Source: a virus
IMG/VR virus record: IMGVR_UViG_3300048930_000242
Location: 32,001 to 96,000 of that record
Length of the DNA stretch: 64,000 bases
Strand: one strand, 5' to 3'
Positions 35,388 to 45,304 of the stretch are shown here, piece after piece. Each line of letters opens with the position of its first letter. Position 1 is the first letter of the stretch. A program made the translations under genes and the position numbers. The notes below the pieces were generated by a model, which made no database searches, was not told where the DNA came from, and saw only the letters and a list, made by a program, of their open reading frames with translations.

Positions 35388-37184
35388 TTAGACCTGTCCA
35401 GTGATTTGATTCTTGTACCAACGCTTCAACGTGATGTTCGTGTTCCGAAGAGTGATCAGATTGTTCTGCTTCGCCACCATGTCCTGATTTGCGCATGCCA
35501 CCGAGAGATTCACGGTGGTGTTGGCCGGAACATCGAAGCGATAATCGAGGTTGACCTCTCCTTTGGCATAATCCACGAAGCCGATAGAGGCCTGCGCGAT
35601 ATTGCCATTCAGAAGTGCGTCCACCCTTCCATTATCTCTGCCAACCAAGGTGAGTGAAGCTCCTGAACCAAGTACCGTGACGGCTTCCGAGGTCAAGGAG
35701 CCCGGCACGATCGGGTTGAAGAACTTGATGGTATACTTCTTCAATTGAGAAGGAACCGGCACGAAGCCTTTGATCATTCTGTAGGTGGTCGAGTTGCCAA
35801 GGATCGAAGCGTTTGAATCATCGATCTCGGAGACCAGATTTGAGAATCTGAATAGACCATTGAACTTGGTGACCACGTCTCCGAAATAGTTGTAGATCGC
35901 TCCGGCAATCGCCTCGTTGATAACCGATTCCGGCTCGAAGGTCCTTTCCTTTTCGTATTCAACCGTGGTGAATACGTCCACGAAGGTGTAATCCGGGTCA
36001 ACAATGTCCGGTACAATGCCAACCACCGAGAACTTGTCCAGCACCTGCTCTCTCATCTGCTGCTTGACGGCCGGCGAAAGACGAGTGCCATCTCTTGGTT
36101 TGACCGAGACCAGCACCTTGCCGTAAAGAGGAGGATCATTGGTCTCTCCACCCCAGACGGTGATTGCCTCGATGAATCCGAATTCACGGAGAAGAAGAGC
36201 CTGATAATCTCCTTCGGTGACCGCTCGGTTCTGAGCGGCATAGGACTTCGGAGCGGTGAACTTAATCGACTCAATGGTCTGCTTGGCCGTGCCATAGGCC
36301 GACTTCTCAATCGTTGTGGTAGAGGCCGCCGAGAGTGGAACCACCAAGAATCCGCCGGCGGCCAGAGTGGCGACCGGAGAAGCCTGAAGAGAGAATGAAG
36401 TGACGCCGTTGGCCTTTGAGCCTACCGTGGTCAGATATTCTACAACCACTTCGGAGCCAATAGCCGGCTTATGGCCGATAATGCCGTCTCCGAAATAGAA
36501 CTCGATTGCTTCGTTTGGTCCTTCCTGGAGAAAGAATGCCTTGGTCTCGTTGGTGATTTCAACGACATTCAGTTCTCGGTAATATGGAGTGTAGGTCGCA
36601 TCGCCGGGCTCTTTCACCTTGACCTTGAAATAGTCGGTCTCGATGTCTTTGTTCGGAATCACAAACCGGTGAACCTCGGTGGTCGAAGGGTAGGTGAATG
36701 TCCGCTTAAGGATTTTGCCTTCATAGATGTCGACAACCGACTTATAGGTGTTGGCTCCGGAAGCGGCTAGCTGAGTGTCCTCTAGCACCACGAAGTCATA
36801 GCCGGTGCCGTCATTGGCTCTGGCCGAGAAGACCGATCCTTCAGGGATGGTCATCGAAGAGACGGTGGAAACCGGAGGAACCCATGTGACCGAGACCTCG
36901 GCCTGCGCTCTGGCGGCCGAGATTTGTCTTGGGAAGTAGCCGAGTTCCTTCGCTCTGGAGACAGCCGAAGTCCGGCGCTGGCAGGAGTCAAGGAAGACCT
37001 CCGTGAGAGCCATATTGGCATGGAGGGCCATATAGTTTGTGGTATAGGCCAGCATATTCAAAAGCATCGAAGCGGCCGACCCTTCGAAATCGAAGTCTTG
37101 GAACTCTTCTGTTTGTCTCAGATAAGACTTCAAATCCTCTCGGATAGAGAGAAAGTCGGCGTTAGAGAAATTGGATGGATTCAT
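35388..37184 (-). CDS. gp6: Baseplate wedge protein
   Basis: FQDFDFEGS, LAYTTNY, FGDGIIG, AQNRAVT..DY, WGGE. Confidence 0.95.
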   Translation of the reverse strand: MNPSNFSNADFLSIREDLKSYLRQTEEFQDFDFEGSAASMLLNMLAYTTNYMALHANMALTEVFLDSCQRRTSAVSRAKELGYFPRQISAARAQAEVSVTWVPPVSTVSSMTIPEGSVFSARANDGTGYDFVVLEDTQLAASGANTYKSVVDIYEGKILKRTFTYPSTTEVHRFVIPNKDIETDYFKVKVKEPGDATYTPYYRELNVVEITNETKAFFLQEGPNEAIEFYFGDGIIGHKPAIGSEVVVEYLTTVGSKANGVTSFSLQASPVATLAAGGFLVVPLSAASTTTIEKSAYGTAKQTIESIKFTAPKSYAAQNRAVTEGDYQALLLREFGFIEAITVWGGETNDPPLYGKVLVSVKPRDGTRLSPAVKQQMREQVLDKFSVVGIVPDIVDPDYTFVDVFTTVEYEKERTFEPESVINEAIAGAIYNYFGDVVTKFNGLFRFSNLVSEIDDSNASILGNSTTYRMIKGFVPVPSQLKKYTIKFFNPIVPGSLTSEAVTVLGSGASLTLVGRDNGRVDALLNGNIAQASIGFVDYAKGEVNLDYRFDVPANTTVNLSVACANQDMVAKQNNLITLRNTNITLKRWYKNQITGQV

Positions 37185-37598
37185 TTAGCGGGCTCTCTCG
37201 AATGCGAGGTCAATTGTTCTGGTTCCTATCTGACCGACGATGATGTACTGTATCTTCACTCTTACCGTGCCATCCTGATCTTCACCGGCAATCACGTCTT
37301 TCAGCACCACCCTTGGCTCTCCGGTGATAATGGCTCGACCAATCGCTCTTCGGAGAAGGTACTCGGTTTCCCATGAGTAGTTCTCGAAGAGCGAGGAGTT
37401 TACATTTGTGCCTTTACCAACCTCTTTCGGAGATTCATAGAATGAGGTGAGAATCAGATTCCGAATCGATTGCTTGATAGAGCCTTCTGTGTCTTTCACC
37501 ATGATGTCGTTGGTCACAGGGTTCCGGCGAAACGACATATCGAAGTCTCGATATTCGTTCTTTCTTACCGCCTGGAGAACCTGATACGGATTAGACAT
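37185..37598 (-). CDS. gp25: Baseplate wedge subunit
   Basis: YRDFDMSF.RNPVTND, IKQSIRNLILT, EPRV. Confidence 0.92.
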   Translation of the reverse strand: MSNPYQVLQAVRKNEYRDFDMSFRRNPVTNDIMVKDTEGSIKQSIRNLILTSFYESPKEVGKGTNVNSSLFENYSWETEYLLRRAIGRAIITGEPRVVLKDVIAGEDQDGTVRVKIQYIIVGQIGTRTIDLAFERAR

Positions 37599-37617
37599 TA
37601 CTTATGAATCCAAATGG

Positions 37618-39750
37618 TTAGTGAACATGGTCAATGGCCGCATAGGCGAGGTCATGGTTATGATCAATTGCTGCGTAATCAGCATCATGATTATGGACAA
37701 TCGGCGCATAGCGAGTGTCAAAATAAGCTTGAAGAGCGGCTGAATATGCGTCCAAAGATGCTGTATTTGCCGGCCCAGCGAGAGTCAAGAAAGCACCGCC
37801 GCCGGTAGAAATTGTAACAACTCCTAAAGAGGTGAGGTTCACCGTAGTTCCGGACAAAGCAGCCGCCCCGGTGGCCGTCAGATCGATGTCTCCTCCGATC
37901 GAACCTACCATATTGCCGACCGTCTGAATATCTAAAGCACCTCCAGCAATGGCGGTAATGTCTGCGGCGGAATCGATGTCGATATTGGCGACCAATGAGC
38001 GAACTGTAACGCTATTCTGACCTTCAAGGACAAGATCATCGGTAATGAAGTTAAGGTTCGGTGACTCAAGAGTGATTGCCGCTCCTGAGACTCCGACCTC
38101 ACCGGTGCCGCCTGCCGAGATGTCCACGTTCGAGGTCGCCGAAGAGACCGAAACATTCCCACCGGAAGAAGACAAGGCGACAGCCGAGGCCGATTGAAGA
38201 GCTGTGCCTAAAGGATTCGTTGTGGAGAGATTCACTGCTCCAAGAGCGGTGTCGATTCCAAGAGAAGATCCAGAGGCCAGATTCATCAGGCCATTGGCTC
38301 CAAGCGTGGAGAGGCTCATATTGCCGGTCTGGGCGATCATGCTGACGCCTTGCTGGGCGACCGAACTGATCGATCCAGCCAAGGCGGACATGTTGATAGC
38401 ACTCTGAGCCACCGAACTAATCGATCCGGCCAAGGCGCCCATATTGATCGAGCCGAGGCTGGACACGAAGTCCATTCCCTGATTCGCCAGAGCGGAGATC
38501 GCTCCGGTCAAAGACGTCAATGACAGAGCCGACAATGCGGTGCCGACGATAGAGCCGGCGGCCGACAAGAGATTCACATTGCCGCCAAGGGACGAAATGT
38601 CGACAGAGCCGGAGAGCGACTTCGTGGAAATGTCCAGAAGCGCCGTCGCATTGATAGAACCGAGCGGAGCACTCGTATTCACCGATCCGGTCAGTGACGT
38701 CATATTCATCGGCAAAAGCGAGGCCATACTCATGGTATTGGCCGACGCCATCAAGGTCATCGGGCCAATCTCGGATGTCATATGGAAGCTATTCTGGCCT
38801 TTGGCGGTCATATTGATTTCGCCGAAGGCATCGACAATCACATCACCAAGAGCTGACTTAATCTTTACATTGCCTTCTCTGGAGAGCAATCCAAGATTCT
38901 TCTTGGCGGTCAGGTTAAGGTCTTTCTCGGCATAGGCGTGAATATGCCCACGTGCGACCGTAAAGAAGTCTTTCTGGGTCTTCAGCTGGAGCTTACCGTC
39001 TGGGTGAATCTCCATATAGGACTTCGACTTATGCCAGAGGTGCCAGCGCTCGGCATCCTTGGTGTCGTCAAATTCCATCACATGGCCGGACTCGGTCTCG
39101 AAGACATGATTGAATGGATATTTGGCTCCATATGGAATAGCCATCTCATCCCAGAGTGAACCGAAGGCGGTAGGGATTCTCTTCTCTAGATCCTCGCGCT
39201 TTGGCTTGATCAGGGTTTCATCAAGTTTCTCGGCTCTGGCGAGTCTATTCACATCGACTTCGTTAAGCCATTTCTCCTGAGGATACCGACCTTGCGGAAT
39301 GCCTTGCCCAGGATAGCCAGGGTCTCGATTCTCGACCTCGTTGATGTACCTAGGAGTGCCGGCGATTTCACCGGCCGACCGAGGATCGACAAAGCCTTCG
39401 CGGCCGCCTTTATCATCCGGCGGATCTTCCGGCTTGCCACCGATCGAACCAAGGATAAGGAGATCGTTCATGGCCTCGCCATCACGAGCGAAGCCAAACA
39501 CCCATGTGCCTTCTACCAGTCCGAGCGGAGTCTGACCAATACCGTCCATTGCGGCCGATGTGATTGGCCGGATTACGGTAGCCCATGGGAGGTCATCGGT
39601 TGGGATTCCCTGACCGGTCGAGTCGTTGATCTGCTTCTCTTTGGAATGGAGAGCATGAATACGAACTCGAACACGGCCGCGCTTATCTGGGTCTTTCCGG
39701 TCTTCGACAACGCCGGTGAACCACATGAATCCATCTTGACCCATCATCAT
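37618..39750 (-). CDS. gp5: Central spike gp5-like (OB fold plus beta-helix, no lysozyme domain)
   Basis: WFTGVVEDRKDP..GRVRVR, LPWA, YPFNHVFETESGH.MEFDDT; C-terminal HxH repeats. Confidence 0.92.
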   Translation of the reverse strand: MMMGQDGFMWFTGVVEDRKDPDKRGRVRVRIHALHSKEKQINDSTGQGIPTDDLPWATVIRPITSAAMDGIGQTPLGLVEGTWVFGFARDGEAMNDLLILGSIGGKPEDPPDDKGGREGFVDPRSAGEIAGTPRYINEVENRDPGYPGQGIPQGRYPQEKWLNEVDVNRLARAEKLDETLIKPKREDLEKRIPTAFGSLWDEMAIPYGAKYPFNHVFETESGHVMEFDDTKDAERWHLWHKSKSYMEIHPDGKLQLKTQKDFFTVARGHIHAYAEKDLNLTAKKNLGLLSREGNVKIKSALGDVIVDAFGEINMTAKGQNSFHMTSEIGPMTLMASANTMSMASLLPMNMTSLTGSVNTSAPLGSINATALLDISTKSLSGSVDISSLGGNVNLLSAAGSIVGTALSALSLTSLTGAISALANQGMDFVSSLGSINMGALAGSISSVAQSAINMSALAGSISSVAQQGVSMIAQTGNMSLSTLGANGLMNLASGSSLGIDTALGAVNLSTTNPLGTALQSASAVALSSSGGNVSVSSATSNVDISAGGTGEVGVSGAAITLESPNLNFITDDLVLEGQNSVTVRSLVANIDIDSAADITAIAGGALDIQTVGNMVGSIGGDIDLTATGAAALSGTTVNLTSLGVVTISTGGGAFLTLAGPANTASLDAYSAALQAYFDTRYAPIVHNHDADYAAIDHNHDLAYAAIDHVH

Positions 39751-39763
39751 AGGAATTTCTCTC

Positions 39764-40285
39764 TTATCTGATTTTCACAAGCACACGGTAATGAAGGCGC
39801 TGTATGTTATAGCCTCCAGCAAGAATGGTCTCGATATTGATGAACTTCTTTCCGGAGTTGGTTTCCAATTCAAAGAGGCCGTTGAATCCATCATGAGACC
39901 GATTTATCTTTGCCTCTAAGACCGAGACCACTCCGAGCTTCTGGAGCTGAGCGGCGATCTTGAAGTTTCTCTTTTCGGCCGTCGCCTGCTCATTCTTTCT
40001 GATTCTCTTTTCTACGTCACTGCTCCAACCATATTGGAGCAGTGAATAGTTGCCCTTCCCACCAGAAATCACCCAGAGCTTGTCATAATAAGCCCATTGG
40101 TTTTTCATAGCGAGCTCTCTGTTTGCCGCTTTGAATTCCTTCAGTTTGTCGGCGATTCCTTTGAACCAGTTCACAGAGTCATCTTCGACCTTTTTGTCGA
40201 ATGGTGCGAAGTTCTCTTTTAGAGTCTCTATGATCGACTTTACGACGTCATAGGACTCTGTTACAAATTTCTCGAATGGGAGCAT
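39764..40285 (-). CDS. Hypothetical with capsid-targeting-like leader MLPFEKFVTE
   Basis: 173 aa; C-terminal ETILAGGYNIQRLHYR. Confidence 0.6.
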   Translation of the reverse strand: MLPFEKFVTESYDVVKSIIETLKENFAPFDKKVEDDSVNWFKGIADKLKEFKAANRELAMKNQWAYYDKLWVISGGKGNYSLLQYGWSSDVEKRIRKNEQATAEKRNFKIAAQLQKLGVVSVLEAKINRSHDGFNGLFELETNSGKKFINIETILAGGYNIQRLHYRVLVKIR

Positions 40286-40295
40286 TTACTTTTCC

Positions 40296-41549
40296 TTAAC
40301 TCTTCAAGCAGTCTTTAGAGATTTCACAAACCATTCGGTGCTGGTCGTTGGTGATGATATGTTTGATTCTGGTGATGATGTACTCGCCGGAGAGTCTCTT
40401 ATCTTCTTCGGAAGAGCCGGCTTTATTGGAGATCAGATTGAACTGGACCTTGTCACCTAGACGAGCGGCCGAGTTACCTTCGGTATCTAGTTCAAGCTTC
40501 CAATTCATCAACGACTGAATCATCGGTCGGCGGCGCTTCATCCAATCGTCGGCATGCTTCGAGTTGTATTCCATTCCGTGGCCTTCTTTCTGCCACGGAC
40601 CATATGAGATCGCCTGCTCCAGAGAAGAAGAGTGATTCTCTCGTTGTTTCACTCCGCCTCCATCTGTATGAACTTGCCCACCAAACTCACCATTATAGAT
40701 GTACTCTTTCTCTTCGATTTTCTTTCTGAGAATATCTTGAGCGATGAACTTATGAGCGAACATACCACCGGAAGAGTTCTGGATGTTATCAAACGACCGA
40801 ATGATCTTGTATTCCTTGGCATTCCAAAGTTTCGCATTGGATCTTGGAGAGTCAATACGAGCCAAGTGATAATCGATGTCCCATTTCTTTCCGGCCTCCA
40901 TTAACTTGTCGATCGAGCAGAACTGATATTTGTCCATTGTCTCGAAGAAGACATAGTTCGAGGCTGGATAGCCGGAGGCGCGCACACAAGATGTCGCCAG
41001 GTAGTTGATGGCGTAAAGCGGACGCCAGCCCGGCATCACGATGTCTCTTGGGAACTTGGTCGCCTCGGCATCTACCTCAACCTCTAGCAGGTTGGAGCAG
41101 ATGTTCTGGACAATCGCGTCCTCCTTGAGGCCCTTGAAGGACCGTCGCAGCCTTTTCTCCATGTTCTTATGGAAGGCCTTACCAGCGAAGTTAAGCTGGT
41201 AGACGCGGGACCTAGACCCGTGTACGGTGCTGAAGCCATCGCATTTGTAGATCCAGAACTCCTTGGTGAAGTCCGCTCTCGGATACTCCGGCGAGGTCTT
41301 GAAAGTGATCGTAATGGTCTCGTCACCGCAGATCGGACCGTCTTCAAAGACGCCGTTCGTGTCCATCATCACCAGAGTGCCGGTCATGAAGTTCTTGAAC
41401 AAGTCCTCATAGATCACCAACGTGATCAGAGCGGATTCCTTGAAGATCTCCCATGAGCCGCCTCTGGTAGATAGGTTCACCGAGTCTATCTGGACCGACT
41501 TTTGCCGACCAGGATAAGTCCGTTCTTCGGCCGAATAAAAATCACTCAT
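40296..41549 (-). CDS. Baseplate hub (gp27-like)
   Basis: IYEDLF..MTG, YVFFET, EGNS..RLGD, LSGEYIITRIKH; between gp53 and gp5. Confidence 0.8.
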   Translation of the reverse strand: MSDFYSAEERTYPGRQKSVQIDSVNLSTRGGSWEIFKESALITLVIYEDLFKNFMTGTLVMMDTNGVFEDGPICGDETITITFKTSPEYPRADFTKEFWIYKCDGFSTVHGSRSRVYQLNFAGKAFHKNMEKRLRRSFKGLKEDAIVQNICSNLLEVEVDAEATKFPRDIVMPGWRPLYAINYLATSCVRASGYPASNYVFFETMDKYQFCSIDKLMEAGKKWDIDYHLARIDSPRSNAKLWNAKEYKIIRSFDNIQNSSGGMFAHKFIAQDILRKKIEEKEYIYNGEFGGQVHTDGGGVKQRENHSSSLEQAISYGPWQKEGHGMEYNSKHADDWMKRRRPMIQSLMNWKLELDTEGNSAARLGDKVQFNLISNKAGSSEEDKRLSGEYIITRIKHIITNDQHRMVCEISKDCLKS

Positions 41550-42307
41550 CGTCTAATCACGCCTCTCATTGTCTTGTCGAACTCCGAAACGATATTGGCC
41601 AGATAACGCGGACGGAGCACCTTGATAATCCGCTTCTTCTCGTTCTCGATTTCTTCATGTTCTTGGTTTGTAACAAAGACCGACTCCGGATGAGTGTACG
41701 GTCCGATGTTCTCCCAGACCAAGTCTCCATCCACAACGGTCTGACCGAATCCTCCAGGCCAAACCGGCTCGGTTGCTCCAGAGATTGAGTCGTTTCCGTT
41801 ATTGAGTTCAATCACTTTGAATCTGAATGGAGTTGCTGGAAGATTGAGTACGTTTTCCGGCGCGGCCGCTTCTTGAGCGTTCACTACTGTCGGAACCACG
41901 ATCTCGAGGCCTTTGAATCCGTGCTCTGGTTTCCATCGTTGCTCGAAGATAACAGGTTCATAATAGACTCTGTCTTCGAAGACATAATGATGAATGTCAT
42001 ACCTTGTCTCTCCTGGATACTTCAGAGCGATTAGCCGATCGAGTTCCACTTGGGAGAGACACCAATCGAAGAGAGGATTCACCATATCATTCAGGCCGAG
42101 GATGATCCAGTCATATTCTTCGGAGCCATAGAAGTCATGAGCGAGACCCCATGGAGTCTCACCACCCTTGACCTTATAGAAACCGACCAGCCGATAATCG
42201 TCCTTGATGTCTCTGAGGAATGTGGCTCTCCTTGTTAGATCGACCAATTGACGACCAAGGAAATTGACCTTTGGGAAGTACTCGAAATAGTTCTTGACTG
42301 CGGCCAT
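41546..42307 (-). CDS. gp53: Baseplate wedge protein with an inserted repeat module
   Basis: YFEYFP, LAHDFYGS..YDWII..N, HHY, TNQEHE..ENEKKR.IKVLRP. Confidence 0.9.
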   Translation of the reverse strand: MAAVKNYFEYFPKVNFLGRQLVDLTRRATFLRDIKDDYRLVGFYKVKGGETPWGLAHDFYGSEEYDWIILGLNDMVNPLFDWCLSQVELDRLIALKYPGETRYDIHHYVFEDRVYYEPVIFEQRWKPEHGFKGLEIVVPTVVNAQEAAAPENVLNLPATPFRFKVIELNNGNDSISGATEPVWPGGFGQTVVDGDLVWENIGPYTHPESVFVTNQEHEEIENEKKRIIKVLRPRYLANIVSEFDKTMRGVIRR

Positions 42308-42313
42308 ATTGGA

Positions 42314-43021
42314 TTATCCGAAGAGTGTGGCGTCTTTAGATCTTGAAGGAAGATCTAGTTCAATGAACGAAATGGTGATCACGATATGAACTGGTTGACC
42401 GTTGCGGAACACAGCCCAAATCTGCTCCGGTGAGAGATTCACGTTGATGCCAGTGACGGCGCAGTTACCGCGATTCACTACAATTCCTTCTCCACCGTTC
42501 ACTACGACCGAAAGAGTCTCTGGATATTTGTAGAACGCCGAGCCGCCCTCGATTTCCGGAGCGGCTAGCATATGGAGCTTCTTAAGGAATGCGAATACGC
42601 TCAGAGAGTCACCGGCGGTGAATGGAGCCAAATCGAAGATCATATTGAATCGGCGGTGTTTCACGCCTTTGAAGAGCACTTCTTCCTTAGGGTTGATTGC
42701 GGAACGGTTGGCGGCCAAAGCGCCCTGAACTACACCAGAACCGGCCGCCGCTCCAAGAGCCGCCGCTGCAGCGCCTTGAGCGGCGTCGGCCATGATTCTC
42801 ATTCCATGCGACTTGATTGAATCCAAACTACCAACATCCATAGTATTCATGCCGCCTCTGGCAATGGCTGACCCGGTCATTCCAAGTTCTTCGGCTTCCC
42901 ACATGTATTCGGTCTCGACTTCCATGTTCCTAGGAAAAGGAAGTTTGAATCCAAAAATGTCTACGGCGCCAACTCGATTTCCGGACGTGAGCTTATTGAA
43001 CGTGATTACCGTCGATGTCAT
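42314..43021 (-). CDS. gp48: Baseplate tail-tube cap
   Basis: INPKEEVLFKGV.HRRF.M.F.L.P ... ISFIELD. Confidence 0.8.
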   Translation of the reverse strand: MTSTVITFNKLTSGNRVGAVDIFGFKLPFPRNMEVETEYMWEAEELGMTGSAIARGGMNTMDVGSLDSIKSHGMRIMADAAQGAAAAALGAAAGSGVVQGALAANRSAINPKEEVLFKGVKHRRFNMIFDLAPFTAGDSLSVFAFLKKLHMLAAPEIEGGSAFYKYPETLSVVVNGGEGIVVNRGNCAVTGINVNLSPEQIWAVFRNGQPVHIVITISFIELDLPSRSKDATLFG

Positions 43022-43248
43022 CGGTTAGGCCTCTTATCCTTGCCCTTGAAATCAAGATCGATGATCTGAATTCTCTCCACTTGATTGGTCTTGGTCACAT
43101 ACCCATCTTCATCTTCGATCTGAAGAAATCTGTCAAGGAGCTTGTTGATGTCATTGTAATTCATTCTCAGGAGTTCTTCTTCCTTTGGGAATGGATTTTC
43201 ATTGGCTTTTTGGTATCTTGCCGGCTTCATTTTACGCCTCTTCGACAC
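43018..43248 (-). CDS. Hypothetical protein
   Basis: 76 aa, ATGA overlap with gp48. Confidence 0.45.
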   Translation of the reverse strand: MSKRRKMKPARYQKANENPFPKEEELLRMNYNDINKLLDRFLQIEDEDGYVTKTNQVERIQIIDLDFKGKDKRPNR

Positions 43249-43261
43249 AGTCTTATAGAGG

Positions 43262-43292
43262 TATCTAAAGTGCCTTCAGATGCTCATAGATA
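43262..43292. promoter_or_regulatory. Divergent late-promoter-like motifs (TTTAGATA on -, CATAGATA on +)
   Basis: Located at the strand switch of the late operons. Confidence 0.5.
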
Positions 43293-43750
43293 ATCCTATG
43301 GCTAAAAGAACTGGACACCATAAGCGTAAGTATACGGTCATGAACGAGAAGAAGTATCTCGGCGACCCCTCTAAGATTGTGGCCCGCTCCTCTTGGGAAC
43401 GAGTGTTCATGATCTGGTGCGACAAGAATCCGAATGTCCTCAGATGGGCATCCGAAGAAGTCGTGGTTCCGTATATCTCTCCGCTGGATAATCAGAAGCA
43501 TAGGTACTTCGTGGACTTCTTCGTCGAATACATCGACGGCAAGACCGGCGAGAAGAAGCAGAAGCTGGTCGAGATCAAGCCGAGGGCCCAGCGACTAGAG
43601 CCGAAGAACCGCAATGGAAAGTCCTACCGTGGAGCGGTAGAGACCTATGTGGTGAATCAGGCCAAATGGAAGGCGGCCGAGATTTATGCCAAGGCTCATG
43701 GAATGGAGTTCGTGGTTCTAGACGAATATGACCTGGGGATCGTGCAGTGA
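43280..43750 (+). CDS. gp4: Head completion nuclease (start may be 43298)
   Basis: KKYLGDP, RSSWE..FM.WCD.NP.VL.WASEE, HRYFVDF, EIKP, NQAKW.AA. Confidence 0.93.
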   Translation: MLIDNPMAKRTGHHKRKYTVMNEKKYLGDPSKIVARSSWERVFMIWCDKNPNVLRWASEEVVVPYISPLDNQKHRYFVDFFVEYIDGKTGEKKQKLVEIKPRAQRLEPKNRNGKSYRGAVETYVVNQAKWKAAEIYAKAHGMEFVVLDEYDLGIVQ

Positions 43751-44316
43751 ATGTAGGCAATTTCACCGCCGAGATTATCTCAAAGGCCGGCGCTCTCCAT
43801 GACGCTCTGGACCGAATCGGCAAGCAGCCATCCGACGTCACCGAGCCGCTGGTGAAAGAGATTCTCCGTGGCGGCTTCAATGTGAATGTTCCGGTTGTAG
43901 GCCGAATGTACACATTCACCTACGAGGCGAAATACAAGAACACTCTGCCGTTCTGGGATGCTCAGCCGGTGGTTCTGGTGATTCAACTCCATGATAACGG
44001 AGACTTCACCGGTCTTAACTTTCATTATCTTCCGCTGGACCTGAGAGTCAAGTGTTTCTATCTGTTGGACCATCAAACACGACCGAACGACACCAAGACA
44101 CTCAGTGTGACATGGGAGAAACTGGTCGCCTCGGCAGCAAAGAAAATGGCCGAAGTGACGGTCAAAAGATACATCAAGAAGAATCTCAAATCCAGACTAA
44201 CTCAGATCCCGGCCAAGAACTGGTTTCTCGCACTTGCTCTTCCATTGGCCGACTTCAGAAAGGCGACAGAATTGCAAGTGAATGCTATCTCTAAGAAACA
44301 TGTAGGTGCAGGATGA
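43747..44316 (+). CDS. gp2: DNA end protector
   Basis: GRMYTFTYEAKYKNTLPFWD..P, GLNFHYLP, VKRY. Confidence 0.9.
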   Translation: MNVGNFTAEIISKAGALHDALDRIGKQPSDVTEPLVKEILRGGFNVNVPVVGRMYTFTYEAKYKNTLPFWDAQPVVLVIQLHDNGDFTGLNFHYLPLDLRVKCFYLLDHQTRPNDTKTLSVTWEKLVASAAKKMAEVTVKRYIKKNLKSRLTQIPAKNWFLALALPLADFRKATELQVNAISKKHVGAG

Positions 44317-44798
44317 ATATCAGACAGATTCAAGCGGTTGTCAATAACAACTTCCTTCGTGGAAATCGGTTCAAGGTAATGACCGGTCTAGGCAACTTCG
44401 TGGACGAGAGATGCTGCTCGGTCTCTTGGCCGAACATCACCTATTCGACATTCAACTGGAAGAACGCCGGACCGAACATCAAGGTGCCATATGAGCCGGT
44501 CTTCGATGAGGTCCGACTAGAGTTCTATTGCGACCATAACGGCGTCGTGCCTTCGGCGATCCGCAAATGGAACAGAGATATTCTGGATGGATCTCTTCAG
44601 TTCAATTACTTCTCGGAGTATGTCCGTGACGTCTCTATCATGGAATACAACACATCAAACCAGATGGTCCATAAGAAGATTCTCTGTAACGCCTATCCAA
44701 TCACAATCGAGCCAGTTCAACTTGGTTTTGAACTGAATAACCAAGTAGAGAAAATCGCAATGCTTCTGTCTTATGAGTACTCAAAGGATGAGGGATGA
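44313..44798 (+). CDS. Tube-fold baseplate tail-tube initiator (gp54-like)
   Basis: R.NRFKV, KVPYE..F, AYPITI. Confidence 0.75.
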   Translation: MNIRQIQAVVNNNFLRGNRFKVMTGLGNFVDERCCSVSWPNITYSTFNWKNAGPNIKVPYEPVFDEVRLEFYCDHNGVVPSAIRKWNRDILDGSLQFNYFSEYVRDVSIMEYNTSNQMVHKKILCNAYPITIEPVQLGFELNNQVEKIAMLLSYEYSKDEG

Positions 44799-45283
44799 CA
44801 AACCTGGTTCAAACTCCGGAATTCGTGAAAGTTCTTGATGGATGGCTAGAGAAGAACGATCAGAAGTTCGCCTCGAGGATCAAATCATGGAGCGGGCAAA
44901 TTCCGCCGCAGTTCAAGACTTGCACCACTCCGCTCTACCGTGGGATGACAGTCGATGAGTCTTTCATGGCAGCGGCCGATAAAGGAGTGACATTCAAGAC
45001 ATTCACTTCTTGGTCAATTAAGCCGGAAGTGGCGAAGAAATTTGTGAATGACCCGGCCTATAGATTGTCAAATGGCGGCGGAACGAAAATCAAAATTCTG
45101 ATAACGAAGAAGCTAAATGCATCCGATATTGTGTTCAACATTTTCAATTATGTTCTTTTCATGGGGTGGATGCTCCCATCATTAGGAATGGACGAACTAT
45201 CATTGGATTCTGCAACAAAAGAACAAGAAGTACTAGTGAATAAGGGCGTTGTTATCAAAATGCCCGATATCAAAATTATCTGA
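44795..45283 (+). CDS. Putative ADP-ribosyltransferase (R-S-E class)
   Basis: LYRGM ... FTSWS ... EQEVLV. Confidence 0.7.
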   Translation: MTNLVQTPEFVKVLDGWLEKNDQKFASRIKSWSGQIPPQFKTCTTPLYRGMTVDESFMAAADKGVTFKTFTSWSIKPEVAKKFVNDPAYRLSNGGGTKIKILITKKLNASDIVFNIFNYVLFMGWMLPSLGMDELSLDSATKEQEVLVNKGVVIKMPDIKII

Positions 45284-45304
45284 AATCAAAATGGAGAAAA
45301 CATA

